Under the pieces are notes generated by a model that saw only the letters and a program-made list of their open reading frames with translations, did no database searches and was not told where the DNA came from. From contig CM022665.1 of NCBI GenBank assembly GCA_012295275.1, forward strand, positions 31,310,001 to 31,374,000: DNA of 64,000 bases. The letters run 5' to 3'. Position numbers and translations under genes: made by a program. The stretch's first letter is position 1; every line of letters starts with the position of its first letter. Positions 1 through 12,510 of the stretch are shown here, piece after piece. Source of the stretch: Chrysomallon squamiferum (taxonomy: Eukaryota > Animalia > Mollusca).

Positions 1-94
1 CACCCTGCAGAGAACTCACTGAGGAGGAGGGTGTGGTCATTGGACTCTCCCGATACGAGGAGTTCATTGACACAGGGGTGCGAGGATCTTGTGG
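1..94 (-). CDS. DMD: Dystrophin exon (human exon 76 equivalent), partial: [31 protein letters not shown]
   Basis: Acceptor TTCCAG ends at 95. Phase-0 start matches the previous exon ending LLDQ. Ser/Pro-rich and open to the window edge; a possible internal donor GTGAGT lies at 19. Confidence 0.8.
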
Positions 95-3000
95 CTGGAA
101 TAATAATAATAAAACGAATTATAATAATTGTTGTAACAGCAGTGGTAGTACTATACCAGTAGTAGTATTAGTATGTGAAAGGTAGAAGCAGCAGTAGTAG
201 CAATAATAGTAGTAATAGTATTTGTAGTAGCAACAGATGTAGTGTTAGTATTAATAATAGAAGTAATATTTTGTACATCAGTGATATGATGAAACAGTTA
301 TTTGTTTGCTTGTTTTTTCCAGAAATTTCAGGATATTTAGTAGAAAGAAAATATTAAAATTTAAATATATAAAATAATTTCTTGATTATGAATCAGTGAA
401 AATTTAGAACAAAATAAAAAAATACAAGTGAAAAAACTTATGAAGCCTACCTTGACTTTTACAACCATGTTTGAGCTGCACTGATCACAGATGAAAAACT
501 TTCGCAACTTAAAACAATATTCTTATACTTGTTTTTGAAACCCTGCTGAGACTTATCTTAAAACTGCTCATCTTTAGCAGAAATGAGTGAAAATATCTCA
601 ACAGAAAAACAAATTATTTTTTTATCTTTCATGTAAAAAGATTCTTCATCTGACCCATGCTGCTCTTCAAGACACTAACAAAGGTTACTGAGTTTGGGAG
701 ATAAAAAAAAAATCCCCAAGAGTCAGGTTACGAGGGTGATAACTCTATGTGTTCATCATGCTTGATTTAATTAGAAATTCTAAGTGTAACTTGAGAATCT
801 GAACTGTAGACTCAACATAGTTATATTAACTGCTGTGATGTGTTTTAATTTTGTTCATGGTGCTGTGACACACACAAAACAAGACTAAACAGAATAAAGG
901 TAAAAAAAAAAAAAAAAAAAAAAAAAAATGGTAGATAATTCAAACTTTATAATTTGAATGGTTGCCAAGTTTTTAGATAAATCCAAATTAAATTAACAAT
1001 TAGAAACTCTTGAATGTTATTGAATGTTATGTATAATTACTTTTAGTTTAAAACAAGTCCTTGAAAGTAAATGGGGTTTATTTATTTAATTTTGTTCATG
1101 TTATTTTTTTAAATTATCAAATTATAAGTTGGAAATTGGAAATATTAAGTAAACTTATTATTCAATGTAAAAATATTAATTAACTGATCTGTGTGATATG
1201 AATGAATTATAACTTTTGTAAAATAAATTAACAAACCTAATCTACATGGTATAACTAATTTTAATTTGAACTGTAGTAAAGAAAATTAACTAAACTGATA
1301 TATGTGGTATGAACAAATTTTAACTTGAACTTTTGTAAAGTTAACTAACCTGATCTAAAAGCTGCCTTAAACGCTGTAACTGGGCTTCAAGTTGACGATT
1401 GTGGTCCTCCAAAATCCTCATTCTGGCTTCAAGCCTTCCCTTATGTTGCCGTAGCAACTTAGCCTCAGCAATCATTTCCTCATCTCTGCTTGTGTTGCTG
1501 TCACCATCTTCTGATCTTGCTACGCTGTCTTCGTGGGTGTTGTTCACTTCACGTAGTCTGTCATACTCAGCTTGTAATGTTCTAGTGAAGATTAAAAAAC
1601 AAAACATTTTTAAACAATATTTATTTCTTGTTGTTTTGTTTAGTTAACAATTTTGCTATGAACAGTGATACAGGTATATAAATTATGAAACTTGGTTAAA
1701 AAAATTTATGTTCTGAATTTGATTTGTAAGAAGTTAAATTTTTAGTACAAATATCCTGTGATTCAACAATCAAAGACAGACTTGTATTAGAAATGATTAA
1801 ACTAATACTTACTTGTTTTCTTCCTCCAAATCTTTGATCATGGCTTCCAGTTCTGAACGCTGCTCAGAATCAACAGCCATCATAATCTGCATTGGACTTT
1901 TCAGCTGAAATAATAACAATAATCAATTACAAAACAATCACGTAGAAATGGAAATTATTTGTCCTTCAATAAAGTATTTATGTATTACTTACTTAGTATT
2001 ACTTATTTATATACTTACAGCATGTGATGATGTGTTTCCATTCAAACTCTGACAATACTGGGCTATCAAATTATGCTCATCTTCTCTGTAACAAATGAGA
2101 AGAAAAAAACAATGAAAGAATTTATCAAAATGTTCTTTAATTATTTTGACTTCTGACACAATTAAAACTATTACTCCAAGTTAGTATTTTCTTCAAAACT
2201 ATACTTAATATAGTATTACATGTGTATAATAAAGGATCTTTTGTTCATAACTGATACCAAATTAATGCATAACTGATTTTAACATATGTTACAAAAGGTT
2301 TTCTGTCTTTCTCAGACTGTTTTTAACTTTAAAGACTGTTTTTTTTTTTCCCTCCATCTTTAATCTCTGTGTCTCTCTCTCCCATCCTTCCCATCTTTCA
2401 CTTATTTACTCACACACAAAAGCAATACTTACGAGTCTGGTGTGGATGATGCATGCCGTTGTTCTACTTCTGCCAAGCGGTTTGCATAGAGTTCAAGACG
2501 AGAATGCATGTCCTGAGAAATGCTGTGCTGTGGAGATGGAGAGGGGCTGAAACAAGATGAAATTTATAAATAACAAATACAGGATGGTTCTAATAAAACA
2601 TGATCTCTTTCAATTATATGAATTAATAAACTCCCTCAAAAACACCTGCATAGAGAATGTTCCGTATTATGTCAGTCAGTATAAAAACAGCAATCAAGAT
2701 AAAAAAAAAATAATAATAATAATAATAATAATAAAATAAATAAAAATAAATAAAATGAATCAAAGTGACAAATTAGAATTCAGCAGGTAATTTCTATAAA
2801 AAGAAAGGAAGAAAAAGAAGAAAAAAAGAGGCCATTTTATCAGTATAAAAGCACTCAGTGCTTCATCAATCAAACAGACATAATAGACTAAATAAGGAGT
2901 GGTTAAAACTTTTTTCTTTTTTTTCTCTATCACCAGCACTCACTCAATAAAACCATCTTTTCACTGAAGTACAATGTATGACTCATGTTTTTGCACTTAA

Positions 3001-3607
3001 GCTGGAAACTACTGTTGATAATGTGATTGAGTCATTAACTAGCAGAACTGTGAAATCATGTAAAATAATGGTATCAGGAGTGGTATGGTTCAGGTGTATG
3101 GTCATGTGTTAGCTGGCAGAAAACATGCTTGGAAGTGTATAAATTATCAGCTTGTTTCCATCTAAAAATGTTAATGTATACTTTGCCGGAGTTCCGAACA
3201 AGTCAAAACAACAACAAAAATAAACATGCAAAAATCTTTTGACTCTGTGACTGTAAGGTTTATTATGTCTTAGAGTTAATAGTGTTAGGTAAGTGGGATA
3301 AATAATTGAAATTTTGATAATATTCCTTATTATCCTAACATTGCTTTATTGTGTTATGACTCCATTTTCAATTAATTTTTATTTTCTTGAACGTGTGACA
3401 TTTCCTTGGATAGAAAACTATTATTATCCTGTTTTATGACTCTTCAGTGTATAAAAAAACATCATTGTTTAAATATTGTGTAATTCAATATAATCTTCTT
3501 TAACTCATTAATTATTATTGATTTTAGGTTACAGCTTTATCACCATAGTAAAAATGTGTGTGTGTGTGTGTGTGTGATAACAACAACAGCAATGAAGATT
3601 TGAAAAA

Positions 3608-3642
<35 letters not shown>

Positions 3643-4701
3643 ATTCTCAGATATGGTCATTTATGAAACATGCCTCTCAAGTTAAAATAACTAATTTGGC
3701 AAACTGCAACACTGACCAAAGTTAACATCCATGTTGTTTGTTCACATACCCAGAACATGATATTTAAACCAAGTTATAAAGCTGTAATGGAATGATTTGG
3801 TAACTGTTGTCAAATAAAGTAAAGATATTACCATAATGGCCGGATATTAGATTGTAATGATGCCATTATGATTAACGTGCATGCACACTTAATAAACAGC
3901 TCCATTCAAACTCAATTTCATGCTTGAACAGAAAACCAGCCAATATGTGATAGCTAAGGTAATAGTTGCATGCCAGAAAAAATAAAGAGAACAGATTAAA
4001 AAAATAATAATAAAAAAGAAGAAAAAAATTTAGAGTTTCAGAAAATAACTAAGAATTTTTATTGACGATTTGAAGAGCATTATAATATATAGGGTACTAA
4101 AGGATTTTGATTCAGCAATCAAAAACATAAAAAAACAATAATAATAAAACAAAATTTAAAAATAATAATAATAATAATAAATAAACAAAAATAAAAAATA
4201 TAATAATAATATTAAATAATAATAATAACAAAATAAATAAATTAAAAAAATAAAAGTGAAAAGAAAGAAAAAGAAAAAAGAAAAGAAAGAAAGCATCCAA
4301 CATCAACACAAAACCCCTGAAAACATCTAAGTCTTTCTTCTAAGATTACATAAATACATAAAGCCAAATCATTTTAAAAGTGTGACATATCAGAAACAGG
4401 TATCAAAGGACATACTAGATGGTGAAAATAAAATTGTATTGTACAGATTAAAAACTCGTAATGTTCTCTAGAGACTATAATTTGATGTATTATTCAAAAC
4501 AACTGTTGTATGACAGATGTGTCATATACAGATGAACATAAAAATCAACCATGGTTCATCAGATGATATTTTACTCTAACTGAATTAAAAATCTCAGTGC
4601 TGATGATGTGACACGACAAGGGAATTCAAGGGAAGTAACAGAATTTCAGGTAAAGTATGCCACCTTTAATATACTTTTTACATGGATATAACTTTCAAAA
4701 T

Positions 4702-4780
<79 letters not shown>

Positions 4781-7700
4781 CCTTCTCCCTCTCCCTCTCT
4801 CCCTCTCTCCCTCTCTCTCTCTCTCTCTCTCACACAGAAACTCACACACACTTACAGACATGCATGTCTGGCATTCCATTTCAGATCCATGTATGAATTT
4901 TGTTAATAAAAAAAGAAATATCTAGTAATATACATGAAACAAAATTTAACACTAATTATTCCAGTTAATTAACTTTTATATATTTAAAAAACAAACAAAA
5001 CAAACATCATGCTTCCAAATTAAAAAACCTATAATGCACACTATAGCTTTCTCTTTCAGTGTAAAGGAATGGACAAAACAACTACATTAGCATTGATAAT
5101 ACCTGTCATCAGCTGGTTTTTAATATTTAACATCCAATTATAAATAAATCAATTACTTATTACTGTACTTATAAACTCAATTAGTTACAAAGTAGCTGAA
5201 GATGAAAACAATATCCATAACCATAAAGACAAATAAATAAATCTGGTTAATAAACATAAGCATTCCTAAATATAAAAAATATAATAATTATTAAAAATAA
5301 AAAGAACCTACCATTTTGTATTTCCCATCGTAATAACTTTGCTCCTGGTGTTGCCAACACAAGAAAATTTGAATGGGAAGCAAAATGGAATCATCTATTC
5401 TCTTTGGTGGTTGATTTACAAAAACAAACACATTATTCACTCCTGTTAAATTTTAATGCCTCAGTCCTCGGTTAATCTATTTATTGATGTGTTTACTCCT
5501 GGAGCTCCAACATTGCAATACAAACTATTTTTACCATTATCTATGTAAAAACTCAACTCTTGGGGTGATATGCTGGTGCATGGTGACCAGTGCCTAAATG
5601 TTGTGATTTCACTGTTTTTGCTGATGTATATCAGAAAGATGGTTTTAACAACCAATCTTTGGAACTCATACACACAAAAAATGAGAAACCATTTAATAAT
5701 ATTTGATGAAGTTCACAAAACATTGGCTAGTCTTTCATCCATTATGGAAAAAAATAAAAATAAAAAACAATAATAATAAAATAAATTAAAATAATAATAA
5801 AAATAACATAAAAGATATAAAAAAAAAAGAATTTAATAACAGATGTTCACATAATACAGCCAGTCCTTGTTAACAAAAACTGTCTCATGATGAAAATGGA
5901 AGGTGTGATCACTGATAATTATAAAAATACACTATAACTGTTTGATTAAAAAAAATACTATTTAAAAAAAAAAATGCACAGCTAGTCAAATAAACAGTTA
6001 AAACCCCCCCCAAAATAAAAGAAGTTCACAAAATCAGACACTCCTTTTTAAGAAAATTGATTCCACGATGAAAACATCTGAGATTTTCTTATGTAAGTTA
6101 GGCACAATAGTTGTAAGAATCCCTTTAAAAAATAAGCTGGTGATAAAAAGATTTCTAGAACTGAAACATTTAAAAAGAATTTGAAGAAGTTCACAAAATA
6201 TGGCCTATTCATAAGAATAATTCAACCATTAAAATGTTCCAGGATTTTTTTTTTTTTTTTTTGAAACTAAGATATCTGATAGTCAAAACCACAAGGTACC
6301 ACTTTGTATGTAGCTATTAAGACTCTTGCTTGAGAGTGCTGAATCCAGGAAGCTGACAGTGATCAATCAATTTCAATTTAAGTGTATCCCAGAACAACAG
6401 CTAATTAACTTTTCCTAACCCAGGAGCCTTGCCAAGAACAAATCAAAAACAACACATCAAGTTGCAATCAAATGTCAAGTGAGAAAGGCAATCTCAATAT
6501 CTCACCTAGTAAATAAATATTAATCCTGTTGTTATTTACTTTCCAATTTCAGGCTAAAAGAATCATCTAATAGTGGAAGTTGTAGTTTTTAAAAATATTT
6601 CTTTTTGTTAATATTATTCATCATGAAGTAACAAATGATAACATAAATCATTTTAGAAATTAAAAAAAAACCAGTAATAATCCTGTCAAACTTTTCATCA
6701 TATACCAATATGCTCATTTCCTAAACATGATTTTGAAAGACCATTAATTAGCCTAATGATATTTATCAAAGACTAGTTTTAAAATAAACCCATTTATTCT
6801 GGAAATTTCATGAAACTGGATCTAGCATAACAGAATAAAACCTCTATTGTATCAGTGATTAATAATCTGTCTCACAGAACTGTTGTTTCAACTTCATTAA
6901 TTCACTGAACTGTAACATAATTCTGCTTCAGACAATACTTCCAGCAAAATTAAAACTATAAAAATAATTTATCTCAGAATCTAGTATATATCAACAATAC
7001 TTATCTTTGACTTATAACTGATCTAGAGTATAATTAAAAGCTGAACATGCACTAGAAACAAGATGTTTTTGTATCATGTCAACACATTTATCTTGAAACC
7101 ATGAAAATAACTAATTACTGGAATATTCTCAAACCTGAATCTCATAAATATAAACAATACTGCTCCTTTGTCATAGATTTATATAACCTGTTTCACAATT
7201 TCATTAAAACTCGTACATGTAATAAAAACAACCTTTTCATTCAACCAACAGCCAACACTGTCTTGATTTCTGAATATTAAAACATTAAAACCAGACTTTG
7301 GTTTTATTTAAAAAATATATATATGTAAATATGAGAGAAAAACAGCTGATGATGAAACCATAATAATGATATTCACACTTTCACAGTCTGTGAAAAAACA
7401 CCAAGTCCAACAATCTTTTAACTAATAAGCAATTCTCCCCACAGAAAAATATGCTTCAATACAACATACATCTGAAATCCAGTTTAGAATCTGAATAGCT
7501 GAATATATGTAGATCTTTTTTTCCTCACACAACTCCACTAACACAATACCTGATCACCAGGCTTGATGATTCATTTTGACCTCCATCGACTTACATTGAT
7601 TTCCTATTACAACGTTTTGTGGCTCATGTCACCAATGAGCTTGTGGCATTACTGTGAAGAAAAATTACTCTTTTTTTTTTCTTTTTTTTTTTCAAACTTG

Positions 7701-10521
7701 AAAAAAGAGAAAAGAAGAAAAATTGTCTGTGTCATACTAACAACTGTTTGCTTTTTAATGGATCAGCACTGATAGTAAAGACAAGAAGAAGAAAAAAAAT
7801 CCTTAAGTAATTAATGTTTTTGTATTACAGCCTCAAATAAAATCAGAAGCTTGTGGCATCATCTTGAAGAAAAAAAAACCAAAACTTGATTTAAACCACT
7901 TTGTGTTATACTGACAACTATTTGCTTTTCAGTGGACTGATATTGAAAGTTAAGACAAGAGGGGGGGGGAATCAATCCTTAAGTAATTAATGTTTTTGTA
8001 TTTCAACCTCAAGTATAATGAGAAGCTAGTGGCATTACATTTTTAAACCATGTTGTGTATACTGACAAGTATTTGCTCTCTGAAAGCACAGCATTGAAAA
8101 TAAAGACAGAGAAAAATTCTTAAGTAATTAATGGTTCTATATTTGAGTCTGAAATAAAATGAGAAGAAAATATGCTTTTTTCTGAGTGTCTCCTTGAGAC
8201 AGTAAAAAGCTGAAATGAGATTCCAGTTTAATTAAAGTATCTGTTACAGAAATCTATATCTTTTTACTTGGAATGGTATCAAGCCTGTGTTATTTGCTTC
8301 ACATGAGACATAAATGAAACAAAATAATTAAACTCTGTAGGTTGAACATACTTAATACTTCTTTTTCTTATATATTGATTTTATTTAAGATTTTACAAAG
8401 GGGTGTGTGTGAATAATAAAAAAAAAAAAAAAAAAAAAGAATAGAAAAAAAACTAAATAATAATAAAATGAAAATAAAGAATTTTAAAAAATTAAAAAAA
8501 AAAAATTAAAAAAAAAACCAACAAAAAACTCAACCAAGCTTCTCAAAAAACCCACAACAATAATATGATAAACTATGAATGGATAGGGTGACAGTAAACA
8601 CATATTGTTAGATAATAATCAAAGAAATTCTCATGTATTATTCAATGTAAGAATGATTACCATTCATTTAATAATTACTTTTTAAACACAACTTTATTTG
8701 TAACTAATAAAGAACAGTACTTTCAAAAGTTCATAAATTCAGGCCAACAATGAATGTAATTTTCAGCTTCCATTGATCCACAAATTGCTGATGCTCTTTG
8801 AAAAGATGAAGAGTTATCAAACAAGTAACAACTGCAAATCCTTTGAAGACTTGAGACAAAAGAATGTTTTTGTTTGAAGAAAGAAAAGAGTAAAATTACA
8901 CATATTTTGTCTTTTCTAGCTTAAACAACATTTCTCTGTTAACTGACACACAGACAGATTTGTATTAAGGATACTTGTGTGTCACCAAAACCAAAGGTAT
9001 TCTGATTATGAGCCAACTGAAGGAAAAACTGGTGTATTATGATACTCATTTTTGTGTTCATTATTTCTCAGGTTAGTAATAAGATGTATCATTCACACCT
9101 CTGTCTTTGTTGTGCTAATTGGTTGGAAGGAGAAATAAGAATTCATTTCTTTGACTTATATTAATTGTCTTAAGAAGATTGTCTCAAGAAGAAAGGAATG
9201 AACAAGAAATGAAGTTTTAATATCAAGTATCTCATCTGTCTATCTCTATACTTGTACTGACTCTATATATATATAGATAGAGAGAAAGAGAGAGAGAGAA
9301 GAAAGAAAGGACAAAGAATGACAGAAACAGATAACCATATTTATGAAGACTGACAGACTAAAATAAAGTTACAGATGTGTGTATACATATATATATATAT
9401 ATATATATACACACAAGTACTATTACTTAGTAATTAAAGATTCTTCAAAAGAAAATTTAAGATAGGAAATAAATTGATTTTATAACTAGCCACAGTGTTT
9501 TCTTACAGCTAAATCTGAACTAATAGCACTACAGAAAAATGTGACAAAAGCAATCTGTCAAACTGTCTTCTTCTAGGCTGTAATGAAAACCAAGACTTGG
9601 AATTCAGACATAACAACTGAACAATTTATTTTTTCTTTGTTGTAGTCTTATAATATGGTAATCAGGTTTAGCTAGTATGTGTATCTACATTGCTATAATA
9701 ATTAGGACAAGAGATAGACACAAATGAGTGTACTAACATTTCAGTATTTCAAAACCAAGACAGTGATCTATAAAATACAAGTACATAACAAACTGATAAG
9801 AATTAAAAGAATCATGAGTCTGAAACTGAGCTACTTTAGTGATATCAAGATAATAAATAAATAAATTTAAAAAAACAACAACAGTCAAACAAAAAATCCC
9901 TCCTAAAAGGCAAAATAAAAACATATAAAAATCAGGATCAAGAAGATGGAAAAAGGATATTAACAAACGATTGAAGAACAACACTGTGGAAACAGGAAGA
10001 AAAAATGATGGAGAGGCTATATATTCTGCAAATCAGAATTACACTTTATGAATGAATTAAGAAAACAAATTAATTAGGACATGGAAAAAATAAAAATATT
10101 ACTATTTCCTTTCAGAAACCTTCACTGTTTCATTAACTAGGATATAATGGCAGGTGATAAAATAAATGTACTAAGCTTTCTAAACTTCCATTTCTATATC
10201 ACCATGGTAACAAGGGTTTATAAATAGGGGATAAAATAAGGGTACTAACCTTTCTAAACTGTCTCCTTCTAATACAGTCTGTACTGGCAGGTATCCAAGT
10301 CTGGGATGTTTCTTGAAGTATCTCTTCGACTTGAATTTATTTTTGAAAACTTTGGTAAAATCTCTCACATCCTCTCCTGATGTAGTCTGTAACAAAGATA
10401 AAATAAATATTTAAAAATGTTGTATTGCTACTTTACATCTTAATATATATTTAAAAAAAAAAAAACATTTGGCAATAATTTAGTAAGTTGCAAAATACTG
10501 TGACAAAAGTAGATTTTTCAC

Positions 10522-10555
<34 letters not shown>

Positions 10556-12470
10556 GTAATAATAATGTAATAACATATTTATTTGTTAATAATATAAAAT
10601 TCAATAATGTATACTTACTGCTGTGCAGTATTCTTGGATTGGATGTGTAAGTTTGTGTGTTTTTGACCTTCTTCCAGAATAGAAACAGTTTTGGCACATA
10701 TCAAAGTTGAAGCACTTTAGACAGCGATATCTGTTGTAATTAGAAAATAATGTAAATAAATTAATTAATTAATACAACTAAATATGTACATAAATAAATG
10801 AAGATAAATAAATAGTGGAATTTAGTTTATAATTCAAATGGCAAGCAAGAAAAGAGAAAAATACTTATGTTAACAAAATTTATTTTAAATTAGATATATT
10901 TATTTACTTTATTTATTAAAAAGATTAATATAGTTATTGTTTTATTTATTAAGCAGAATCCTGCAATTTAATTTTTGAAGTTACCTCAGTCAGAGAAAGA
11001 TTTATTTAATTTTTTTTTTTTTAAATTAGAAAAAGTAAAAACAAAAGGAAGAAACAAAAGTCATTGAACAAAAATGAGTAATAAGTTATTTCACAAGAAA
11101 ATTAAAATAGTAATTATAAGATAATAATATTGAAAGAAAGAAATTAAAAACTGATTATAAAATTAATCATAAAAAAGAAATGGAAAAAGTAATTTTAAAT
11201 ATATATTTTGGTAATAATAATAAAATAATACTAAAAGAAAACAATTAACAACTAATAAAAGAAAAGGCAACAATAATTTTAAAAATATTATTAGAATCTT
11301 TTATAAATAGATTTAACTTTTTTCTTTCAATAAATGTATTTGTACTGCTATTTAATTTGTTTCTGAATTAAACATAATAATTCCATTGAGTAAAAAGCAA
11401 TTATTTTCTCTCACTATAATTTCAGACCCAATGGACACAAAAATAATTTAAATTAGCTGAGAATTAGAAAAAAAAACTAATTACCTAAAGCCCACAATGG
11501 GGAACTCTTTGCAGATATTGCACTTGGCTTGATGTTTGACAGTTTCAGCTGCTGCAAGACGATGCATCACAGGCAACCACACTAACGATTGTGGCTCCAA
11601 CTGTACCCAGTCTAGAAAGTGAGTCACCTGAATCTCTGGACGGCCATTTGCCTGAAATACATAATATAAATATCTATTATTTGTTACTGTTATTTTGATT
11701 ATCATCATTATCATTTCTGCCATTGTAATTACTGCAATTTTTATTATTACTGTGATTATTTTTATTATTTTATAAATATTTCAAATTATATAATTATGAT
11801 GATTTTGTTATTTTTATTAATGCTATTATTATAAAATGTAAAATTGTTGTTAGAACAAATTAAAATATCTATTATTTTTTTGGTGATCAAATTAATCTAT
11901 AATATATAATGTAAAAAATTTAATTAATAGCAAATTGTTGTAAAAAAAATAGCACTAATAACAATAAATAAATAAAATGAAATAAAATCAGAAAAGATAA
12001 CATCTAACTCTAAACAACTGTTACATTTGCCTTTCACACACACACACAAACTCAAACACCCATAGATACTATTAATAATAATATTAAATAAATAAAGTAA
12101 ATAATTAACTTTCTATAAACTTTATTATGCACCATCAAATTTCACAAATATAATAATAATATATAAATATATTTTTTTAAAGATTCGTGTTTATAATGTT
12201 CACATAAAACAAAAGTTAAGGCAAAATCTAAAAATAAAATTATTTTCATGAATACCTTCTCAAAACAGCTTCTAACACTGGGTTCAATGTTACTACCACC
12301 AAAAGCAGCAACCTCACCTAGGTGTCTTGGTATCTGAATGCAGTCATGAATAAGCAAACCCAACTTACGCTGGTCTGTAAACCCGTTTGTATCCGCAATA
12401 AGTCGAAATATAACTGAAAAAAGAAAAAAAAAAAAAAAAAGTAAATAAATAATAATAATAAAGAAGAAAA

Positions 12471-12510
<40 letters not shown>

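Noticed and set aside
1399-1647. Plus-strand 82-aa ORF (likewise 16140-16439 and 27158-27382)
   Set aside because: Antisense shadows of dystrophin exons with no independent coding signal.
4112-4309. Hydrophobic F/L/I-rich ORFs (also 20405, 22575, 25267, 49003, 55823, 63052)
   Set aside because: Translations of poly-A/T and low-complexity tracts, not membrane proteins.
4646-4906. ORFs with RERE/SLSL repeats on both strands
   Set aside because: Translations of the (CT)n microsatellite.
5312-5442. Longer 131-nt version of the cassette exon using the acceptor at 5443
   Set aside because: Stop codon immediately in the dystrophin frame, and the length is not a multiple of 3.
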